This document shows positions 1 to 6,557 of a stretch of 11,222 bases of DNA, in pieces. Numbering within the stretch: position 1 is the first letter of the stretch; the number at the start of each line of letters is the position of its first letter. The stretch comes from Fidelibacterota bacterium. Lineage in GTDB: Bacteria; Fidelibacterota; Marinisomatia; Marinisomatales; S15-B10. Location of the stretch: contig JBHIAI010000054.1 of the NCBI GenBank assembly GCA_046861655.1, positions 1 to 11,222 of the forward strand, in the 5' to 3' direction. The notes beneath the pieces were generated by a model. That model had not been told where the DNA came from and made no database searches. It saw only the letters and a program-made list of their open reading frames with translations. The translations under genes and the position numbers were made by a program.

Positions 1-1480
1 CCGCGTATGCGTTGGCCCAGGTGTAGGCCCGGAGGGCTTCCTCCACAGTGATCTTCTGATCCGGATACCACCCTTCGGGGTGCTTCCCATCGAGAGTGCG
101 ACGGGTGACGGCTGCATAGACTCCCTTCAGAGGATCCAGGGGTGCCACATTCCAATCAGACCCGAAGGAAACGATGGCCTTCGCGTCCAGAAGGGACCGG
201 AACGCGTAACTGGTTTTCAGGACAACGCCCCGTATTCGCTTTTCTGCCCACCTACCGTCGTCAATGGCATGGTAGGGCTGCATGGAAGCGATGACCCCGA
301 GGGAATGAAATCTCTCCAGGGCGTCGGTGGTGAGGTGCTGGGCATGTTCAATGCGGAACCGCCTGTCCCGCCCCCCGTCTCCCTGGGTAATCTGTGCTTC
401 ATAGGTGTCTAAGAGCCAATCGTTGGCTCTGTCGCCGATGGCATGAATGGCAAGTTGTAATCCAGCCTTATCCGCACCGGCAATGATCTCTCGCAGACGG
501 ACCGTATCCTCCGACACCACCATTCCACTCGTAGTGGTGTCGTCTTCGTAGGGACGGTACATCCAGGCCGTCTGGGATCCCAGAGAACCATCCAGAATGG
601 CCTTCACCCCTCCCCACCGCAACCAGCTATCACCCCGTCCATTCTTTTCAACAAAACTGATCAGTCGTTCCCAGTCGGTGTACCAGACGAAGGCGTAGAC
701 TCTCAAGGTCAGGTCGTTCCGGTCGTGGGCCCTCCGGTAGGTTTCCAGGTCCCTCCAAACGCACATGTCGTGAATCTGGGTGATTCCCTGAGAGGCCGCG
801 AACTCCATGGCCCGTGCGAGGGCATCGTCCAGTTCCTCCTGACTGGGCTCGGGCACCACAGATTCAATCAGGGACATGGCCATTTCCTTGAGGATTCCCG
901 TCGGCTTTCCCGTCAGGGGATCCCTGACAATGACTCCTCCAGGGGGTGCAGGAGTTTGACTGTCTATGCCCGCCAGTTCCAGGGCCCTGGAGTTTGCCAG
1001 ACCCATATGCCCGTCCACCCGTGTTACGAACAAAGGGATATCCCCCGCAACCGAATCTATCCAGGAACGCTGGGGCAGTTCCCCTCCCCATCTTTCATGA
1101 TCCCAATCTCCCCCCGTTATCCACCGGTCCTGGGGGAGACCCCGGGCATATTCCTTGACACGCGCTATGAATTCATCGGAACTGGAGACGTCCCCAAGAT
1201 CTATCTTGCCCATTTCCAGACCGCCCCTGATGAAATGGGTGTGGCTGTCCATGAATCCGGGTACGACGAATCGGCCTTCAAGATCCACTATCCGGGTATC
1301 CGGGCCTCGGAGACTTTCGACCTCGTCCCGGGAACCGAGGGCAAGAATCCTTCTCCCCCCGACAGCCATGGCCTCCGCCAACGGTTGGCCGGAAACTCCC
1401 GTCCAAATCTGCCCGCCGGTGTAAATGACGTCCGGGCGAGTTAGACCAGATGATGCGATCATGAGCAGGACAAGGATCAA
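1..1480 (-). CDS. Metal-dependent amidohydrolase, YtcJ-like (amidohydrolase 3 family); 3' end runs off the window
   Basis: Manual translation of diagnostic segments of the minus strand (not in ORF track): PDVIYTGGQIWTG..LAEAMAVGGRRILALG, PGFMDSHTH (HxH), LAIHAIGDRA, RFRIEHAQH, SFGSDW, QKITVEEALRAYT. Start is uncertain: TTG 1480 (GGGGG 10 nt upstream, gives hydrophobic MILVLLMIASSG) or ATG 1462. Confidence 0.93.
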   Translation of the reverse strand, partial: MILVLLMIASSGLTRPDVIYTGGQIWTGVSGQPLAEAMAVGGRRILALGSRDEVESLRGPDTRIVDLEGRFVVPGFMDSHTHFIRGGLEMGKIDLGDVSSSDEFIARVKEYARGLPQDRWITGGDWDHERWGGELPQRSWIDSVAGDIPLFVTRVDGHMGLANSRALELAGIDSQTPAPPGGVIVRDPLTGKPTGILKEMAMSLIESVVPEPSQEELDDALARAMEFAASQGITQIHDMCVWRDLETYRRAHDRNDLTLRVYAFVWYTDWERLISFVEKNGRGDSWLRWGGVKAILDGSLGSQTAWMYRPYEDDTTTSGMVVSEDTVRLREIIAGADKAGLQLAIHAIGDRANDWLLDTYEAQITQGDGGRDRRFRIEHAQHLTTDALERFHSLGVIASMQPYHAIDDGRWAEKRIRGVVLKTSYAFRSLLDAKAIVSFGSDWNVAPLDPLKGVYAAVTRRTLDGKHPEGWYPDQKITVEEALRAYTWANAYA

Positions 1481-1554
1481 TACGGTATTGCCCCCAAGAA
1501 CCGGATTAACCCCGGAAGGAGCAGGATCAGAGACCGGGGGGAGTGCACCTGGGG

Positions 1555-1953
1555 TCAGTCGCCTTGAGGAACAATACGGCTCAGAACCCCGTAATCCCTG
1601 AGCTTGGCAAAAACCTTGCGATAGGTGGTATCTTTTCGGCCGTATTTCCTGGAAAGCCTCCGGCACGTTTCCTGTAGACCGATCTTCCGGAAATCTCCCC
1701 TCAGAAAGGCTTCGATCACCCGTTGCTCAGTTTCACCCAGATGGGAATAATCCCATCCCCGTTCCGCCTGCACGGGGCCGGGTCCAGGTTTCTTCAGCCG
1801 ATTCTTGAGCTTCTCATTCTCCCTCTCAAGCCGGCTTATCTCATCTGTAGCTTTCTGGAGCGCCTCTCTGATACCTGCCAGCTCCACATACCCCAGCGGA
1901 GCAAATCCGTAGGTTCCGGGCCGGTCCTTTGACCGGGAATTCTTCTCTTTCAC
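1555..1953 (-). CDS. Hypothetical 132-aa protein: N-terminal leucine-zipper-like coiled coil plus basic C-terminal winged-helix-like domain
   Basis: Fills the gap in a co-oriented gene run; its GTG start overlaps the upstream stop (GTGA). Heptad positions L25/I28/L32/A35/I39/L42/N46/L49/L53, PGPGP linker, then LGETEQRVIEAF..LQETCRRLS..DTTYRKVFAKLRDYGVL. The fold call is inference. Confidence 0.75.
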   Translation of the reverse strand: MKEKNSRSKDRPGTYGFAPLGYVELAGIREALQKATDEISRLERENEKLKNRLKKPGPGPVQAERGWDYSHLGETEQRVIEAFLRGDFRKIGLQETCRRLSRKYGRKDTTYRKVFAKLRDYGVLSRIVPQGD

Positions 1954-2072
1954 CGCGACTTGGTTTTTTGAAGTCGTTTCAGGTTCTTAACCAGGATTAC
2001 GATTCCCGCCCCGATCATCACAGCAGCGATGAGAACAAGAACGGGGGACAGGATAAGTCTTACAAGATCCAT
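1950..2072 (-). CDS. 40-aa single-pass membrane microprotein MDLVRLILSPVLVLIAAVMIGAGIVILVKNLKRLQKTKSR
   Basis: Manual translation (below the ORF-track cutoff): ATG 2072 to TGA 1950, a ~23-residue uncharged hydrophobic run followed by a K/R-rich tail, with a 4-bp GTGA overlap with the next gene. Its own SD is weak. Confidence 0.65.
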   Translation of the reverse strand: MDLVRLILSPVLVLIAAVMIGAGIVILVKNLKRLQKTKSR

Positions 2073-2131
2073 GATCGAAATGACACGGGATCACCGCATT
2101 CCAGCCCGGGCGCGACCGGCCGTCTCATCAC
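2060..2131 (-). CDS. Possible 23-aa leader ORF MMRRPVAPGLECGDPVSFRSWIL
   Basis: GAGGAG at 2145-2140 lies 8 nt before GTG-ATG at 2131; the TAA at 2062-2060 falls just past the ATG of the 40-aa ORF. No homology support. Confidence 0.3.
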   Translation of the reverse strand: MMRRPVAPGLECGDPVSFRSWIL

Positions 2132-2170
2132 GTAGTTTTCTCCTCACATGCCAATTTACGAACCAGGTCC

Positions 2171-3202
2171 CTAATCCTCCCGGTAAATCTTCACCACCGG
2201 TGTGCCATCCGAGTCGATGTAACCCCTGAACATTCCCGATGTATTGAAGGGCGTGGCCACATTTCCGTACCGGTCGATGGCAATGACCCCTCCGGTTCCC
2301 CCGAGGTCCGACAGTTTTTCCATCACCACGGTGTGGGCCGCCTCTCGAATAGACAAACCACGATATTCCATGAGGGCTGAGATATCGTACGCCACCAGAC
2401 CCCTCATGAAGTATTCTCCCTGGCCCGTCCCTGACACGGCGCAGGTCCGGTTGTTCGCGTAGGTTCCGGCCCCCACGATGGGAGAATCCCCAACCCGGCC
2501 AAACCTCTTATTCGTCAAACCTCCGGTTGAGGTGGCTGCGGCCAGATTGCCCATCCTGTCCAGTGCAACGGCCCCCACAGTACCTGTCTCCTTACCCCGG
2601 GTCTTCTGCCACTGCTCCCACCGTCGTTGGGTCCGGAAATAGTCCGGGGACACCAGCTCAATCCCCATCTCCCGGGCGAACTCCTCCGCCCCCTCTCCCG
2701 ACAGGAGAACATGCCAGGTCTTTTCCATGACCAGCCGGGCCACGCGGATGGGGTTCTTCAGCCGCCTGACCGCCGCCACGGCTCCCGCCTTTAGAGTACT
2801 GCCGTCCATGATGGACGCGTCCAGCTCATTGGTTCCAGCGCTGGTGAACACCGCCCCTTTTCCAGCATTGTAAAGGGGGGAATCCTCCATGATCCTGACC
2901 GCCGCCTCTACAGCATCCAAACTGGTTCCCCCCGTATCCAGAATCGAATACCCTGTCTGCAGAGCCTCCGCGAGACTGGTCCGATAGGCGTTCTCGAGAT
3001 CGGGCGTCATCCTGTCCCGGGTGATGTTTCCCACACCCCCGTGAACGGCAAACCCGATGGTCCCTTCCTCGGGGGGCCGGGATGTACACCCTACGAGGAG
3101 TATGACCAGAAGGACTCCGAAGAGCAGAGGCGGTCCCACCCAACCCCGGGGAACAATGGTGCCGGAGGGATGGACGGCTACTGGAACACTACTGGTGTTC
3201 AT
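2171..3202 (-). CDS. iaaA: Isoaspartyl peptidase/L-asparaginase (Ntn hydrolase, asparaginase 2 family), predicted lipoprotein
   Basis: Motifs AVHGGVG, EDSPLYNAGKG, ELDASIMDG, G/TVGAVALD (nucleophile Thr208), ATSTGG, GRVGDSPIVGAG, TGQGE, FNTSGMFRG. A hydrophobic stretch ends in LVGC39. Overlaps the gpsA stop by 14 bp. Confidence 0.95.
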   Translation of the reverse strand: MNTSSVPVAVHPSGTIVPRGWVGPPLLFGVLLVILLVGCTSRPPEEGTIGFAVHGGVGNITRDRMTPDLENAYRTSLAEALQTGYSILDTGGTSLDAVEAAVRIMEDSPLYNAGKGAVFTSAGTNELDASIMDGSTLKAGAVAAVRRLKNPIRVARLVMEKTWHVLLSGEGAEEFAREMGIELVSPDYFRTQRRWEQWQKTRGKETGTVGAVALDRMGNLAAATSTGGLTNKRFGRVGDSPIVGAGTYANNRTCAVSGTGQGEYFMRGLVAYDISALMEYRGLSIREAAHTVVMEKLSDLGGTGGVIAIDRYGNVATPFNTSGMFRGYIDSDGTPVVKIYRED

Positions 3203-4196
3203 ACCCCAGCTCCCTCGTCATCAATTCCCTCACTGCTTTCATGGGGTCCTCGTTCTCGAAGAGCACCCGGTGGACGGCACTGCAGATGGGCATTTCCACG
3301 CCGTGTCTTTCGGCCAGGGCGGGAACCGCCCGGGTGGTTTGAATTCCTTCTGCCACCATGTGCATATCCTTCAGAATCTCCTGCAGTCCGCGGCCTTTTC
3401 CAATCTCCTCCCCCACATACCGGTTCCGGCTGTGCCTCGAAAAGCAGGTGACGATAAGATCACCAATCCCACTCAGGCCTGCGAGGGTTTCGGGCCTGGC
3501 ACCCATGGCCACCCCCAGGCGGGAAATCTCAACGGCGCCCCGGATGATGAGGGCAGCTTTCGTATTGTCACCGAAGCCAATTCCGTCGCAAACCCCCGCC
3601 GCTATGGCGATGACGTTTTTTACCGACCCCGCCAGCTCAACTCCCACGATGTCGGTGTTGGCATAGACCCGGAGGGCCTCGGAGGAAATGGCGTCCTGGA
3701 TCGTCTCAATCGTATGGCTGTCTTTTCCTGCCACCACAACCACTGTGGGGACTCTCCTGGCCACCTCTTCTGCATGACTGGGTCCCGACAGGGTGGCAAT
3801 CCTCCCTGAATCGATCTGTCCCGCGTCTGAAATCACCTCACTCATCCTCAAAAGCGTCTCGTTCTCTATCCCTTTGGCAAGATTCAGGACAAGGGTACCG
3901 GGCGTGATAATCTTCTGCTTTTCAACCACCTCCCTGACGCCGTGAGACGGCACTCCGATGATGACTATATCCCCGGAATCGAGATCCTTGAGTTCGGGGA
4001 CAAAGGTTACGCTTGGAGGAAATCTAATCTCAGGAATGAACGGGTGAATTCCCTTCTCCGACATGGTGAGAAGTTCATTCCTGTTGCGATGCCAGACAGT
4101 GACAGAATGCCCCAGCTCCGACAGGTACTGCGCCAGAGTGCCCCCCCACGATCCAGCCCCCAGAACGACGATGTTTTTTGAGACTGGAGAATCCAA
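3189..4196 (-). CDS. gpsA: NAD(P)H-dependent glycerol-3-phosphate dehydrogenase
   Basis: Motifs VLGAGSWG, AKGIE, LSGPSHAEEV, DIVGVELAGSVKNVIAIAAG, GLSGIGDLIVTC, SRNRYVG, VAEG. Start placed at TTG 4196 (GGAGGA 9 nt upstream); GTG 4202 or the track's 4256 are alternatives. Confidence 0.96.
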   Translation of the reverse strand: MDSPVSKNIVVLGAGSWGGTLAQYLSELGHSVTVWHRNRNELLTMSEKGIHPFIPEIRFPPSVTFVPELKDLDSGDIVIIGVPSHGVREVVEKQKIITPGTLVLNLAKGIENETLLRMSEVISDAGQIDSGRIATLSGPSHAEEVARRVPTVVVVAGKDSHTIETIQDAISSEALRVYANTDIVGVELAGSVKNVIAIAAGVCDGIGFGDNTKAALIIRGAVEISRLGVAMGARPETLAGLSGIGDLIVTCFSRHSRNRYVGEEIGKGRGLQEILKDMHMVAEGIQTTRAVPALAERHGVEMPICSAVHRVLFENEDPMKAVRELMTRELGYEHQ

Positions 4197-4354
4197 CCTC
4201 ACTAATCCTCCATCATCAAAGCCTTCGGACGCTACCTTCGGCTTGTTTGGTCCCACGCCGCTGCCACACCTGGTTGGGTACTCCTTTCAAGAGGATGCAG
4301 GGGACGCGAATACTTTGGGGGGCGGTCGATGGAGACGGATCGGAAGAATCCCGA

Positions 4355-6160
4355 TCAGGACTTCGCCTCATAAATTCCTTCAATGACTTGCCTGTATTTT
4401 TCCTCAACGACCTTTCGCTTCACCTTTAGGGTAGGTGTCAGCTCGTTTCCTGCGATGGTCCATTTGCGGGGAAGCAGGGCAAACTTCTTCACCTTTTCAA
4501 ACTGGGCAAAATCTTCCATGGCCGAGTCCACCACACCCTGAAACAGGGCCACGATGTCCGGATTCTGCACAAGCTCCTCCCGGCTGTCGTAACCGATTCC
4601 TTTCTCCTTCGCGTAAGCCTCAACCGACTCAAAAGAAGGAACGATGAGGGCACTGATGAACTTTCGTCTGTCTCCGATCACCATGCACTGTTCCACATAC
4701 TTTGAGCTTGATAGGGCATTCTCCAAAGGTGAGGGTGCCACGTTCTTCCCTCCACTCGTGACCAGGAGATTCTTCTTTCTGTCGGTGATTCGTAAGAACC
4801 CCTCCTCGTCAAAATGACCGATATCGCCCGTGTGGAACCATCCGTCATCATCGATAGCCTCCCGGGTGGCTTCATCGTTCCTGAAATACCCTTTCATGGT
4901 ATTGGGACCCCGGTTGAGGATTTCGCCGTCTTCGGCAATTTTCACCTCCACCCTGGACACAGGTTTTCCCACGGACCCAAACCGGAAATCGTCCAGACGG
5001 TTGACGGTCATGAGTGGGCTGGTTTCAGTCAGTCCGTACCCTTCCAGGATGATGATATCGGAGGAGGCAAAAAACTCCCCGATCTCCCGGGGCAGGGGCG
5101 CGGCACCGGAAATGAAAAACCTCAGCCTTCCCCCAAGCCTCTCTTTCAATTTGGAGAACACAAGTTTATTCGCCAGGGAGAATTTTATCTTCAGCCCTGA
5201 AGGGAGGGGCTTATTCCTTTGTCTGTATCCAACAGCCCGGCGGCCCACGCCCACCGCCCACCAGAAGATCTTCTGGCGAAGAGGCGGGTCCCCTGCCACC
5301 TTGTCCAGGACCCGGGCATGCATCTTCTCGTACAATCGTGGAACACTCGTCATGACCGTGGGTCGTACCTCGGGGATGTTCTCAGCGACCGAATCAATGC
5401 TTTCGGCATAGTAAATGGTCCCCCCAACCGAGAAACCGGTGAAGTGACCTGCCATCCGCTCAAATCCATGACTCAGCGGCAAAAAGGAAAGAAAAACATC
5501 GTCCTTGTTGATGGGGACGATTTCAACAGCGGCCTGAATGTTGGAGACCAGGTTATCATGAGTCAACATGACGCCTTTGGGATCACCGGTGGTCCCGCTG
5601 GTATAGATAAGGGTAAGAAGATCGTCAGGTTTCGCCGATTTTGCCCGTTCCTCGAACTGAAAATCGGCAGAATCTTTGAATGTCTTTCCCTTTTCCACCA
5701 CGCTGGTGAACGTGTGCGTTCCCTCCCTGTCCAGGTCCTCGTCGTTCATGAGGATGATATCCTTGAGGTATTCGCTGTCTTCGAAAAAAGTGAGTACTTT
5801 ATCCGCCTGTTCCCTGTCTTCCACCAGGATGGCCTTTGACTCCGAATCATCCAGTATGAATCGAACCTGCCGTTCCGTGAGGGTGGGATAGACGGTCACT
5901 GTCACCGCTCCCAGACAGATAATGGCGTAGTCGCTCATGGCCCACCGGGGACTGTTATTGGAAAGAATGGCCACCCGGTCGCCCCTGTCTATCCCGAGGG
6001 AAGCCAGTCCGTAGGCGATAAGCTCCGTCGTTTCGCGAACCTGGCGGTAAGAAAGGGTTTTCCACTGACCGTGTTCCTTGTAACCGTACAGGTCCCGGTC
6101 CCCGTGTTCCTGACTCACGTTCAGGAACATTTCGGAAATGGTGTTAAACTCGGCCATCAT
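4355..6160 (-). CDS. fadD: Long-chain fatty acid-CoA ligase (AMP-dependent synthetase, FAA1/FadD15-like)
   Basis: Motifs YTSGTTGDPKGVMLTH, SFLPLSHGFER, EGYGLTET, GWFHTGDIG, ITDRKK, ELTPTLKVKR; AGGAGG SD just upstream of ATGATG. Confidence 0.95.
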   Translation of the reverse strand: MMAEFNTISEMFLNVSQEHGDRDLYGYKEHGQWKTLSYRQVRETTELIAYGLASLGIDRGDRVAILSNNSPRWAMSDYAIICLGAVTVTVYPTLTERQVRFILDDSESKAILVEDREQADKVLTFFEDSEYLKDIILMNDEDLDREGTHTFTSVVEKGKTFKDSADFQFEERAKSAKPDDLLTLIYTSGTTGDPKGVMLTHDNLVSNIQAAVEIVPINKDDVFLSFLPLSHGFERMAGHFTGFSVGGTIYYAESIDSVAENIPEVRPTVMTSVPRLYEKMHARVLDKVAGDPPLRQKIFWWAVGVGRRAVGYRQRNKPLPSGLKIKFSLANKLVFSKLKERLGGRLRFFISGAAPLPREIGEFFASSDIIILEGYGLTETSPLMTVNRLDDFRFGSVGKPVSRVEVKIAEDGEILNRGPNTMKGYFRNDEATREAIDDDGWFHTGDIGHFDEEGFLRITDRKKNLLVTSGGKNVAPSPLENALSSSKYVEQCMVIGDRRKFISALIVPSFESVEAYAKEKGIGYDSREELVQNPDIVALFQGVVDSAMEDFAQFEKVKKFALLPRKWTIAGNELTPTLKVKRKVVEEKYRQVIEGIYEAKS

Positions 6161-6386
6161 GAACCTCCTGAATTAGGTATGGATGCACTTTACGTAACCC
6201 GCCCACGGGCCAATTCGAGCTTTCTTCATGGCCTCCTGGTGCGCCGGACCGGAAAAATCCCCCAAGACCGGAGTCGGTATGAAATCCCGGTTCAACAGAT
6301 TCTGACCCCGGGGGGTCTTCATCGTACCCTTCGTCGAGTCGATTCAGACATCCCCACTCAGGCGTACCCCCTACAGGGGAAATATA

Positions 6387-6414
6387 TTGACATTCGTCAG
6401 ACGAAGTCTATACT
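6387..6414 (+). promoter_or_regulatory. Sigma70-like promoter of tRNA-Leu
   Basis: TTGACA (6387-6392), 16-nt spacer, TATACT (6409-6414), then a GC-rich discriminator-like CGCCGCCC; about 30 nt upstream of the tRNA. Confidence 0.8.
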
Positions 6415-6443
6415 TTTCGCCGCCCAGACGGAGCGAACGATTC

Positions 6444-6527
6444 GCCGGGATGGCGGAATTGGTAGACGCGTTGGTCTCAAAAACCAATGGCCTTTGGGCC
6501 GTGGGGGTTCGATTCCCCCTCCCGGCA
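6444..6527 (+). tRNA. tRNA-Leu(CAA), 84 nt, 3' CCA not encoded
   Basis: Acceptor stem GCCGGGA/TCCCGGC plus discriminator A; D region GGCGGAATTGGTAGACGC; anticodon arm TTGGT-CTCAAAA-ACCAA (CAA at 6478-6480); long variable arm TGGCC-TTTG-GGCCG; T arm GGGGG-TTCGATT-CCCCC. Confidence 0.97.
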
Positions 6528-6557
6528 CGGATCCGAACGGCGAAACAGTGGCCAGGC

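Noticed and set aside
725..1444. 239-aa plus-strand ORF (also 80-412)
   Set aside because: Antisense shadow of the motif-rich amidohydrolase; no recognisable protein features.
1481..1726. Amidohydrolase frame stays open upstream to 1726, overlapping the 132-aa gene
   Set aside because: The extension translates to featureless sequence, and family similarity starts only near 1435; open frames of this length are common at this GC content.
1995..2016. GATTCCCGCCCCG resembling a tRNA 3' end or att-site remnant
   Set aside because: Lacks TTCGA, does not match the tRNA-Leu 3' end, is explained by the microprotein codons, and no integrase is present.
2095..2135. Minus-strand TGATGAG resembling a hammerhead ribozyme core
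   Set aside because: It reads GTGATGAG rather than CTGATGAG, and I could not build the three stems with a correctly placed GAAA.
3057..3809. 250-aa plus-strand ORF
   Set aside because: Antisense shadow of gpsA/iaaA.
4216..4407. 63-aa minus-strand ORF between fadD and gpsA
   Set aside because: Overlaps fadD, is S/P/R-rich and has no recognisable features; only its short distal part is mentioned as a low-interest finding.
4814..5839. Plus-strand ORFs of 128-206 aa
   Set aside because: Antisense shadows of fadD.
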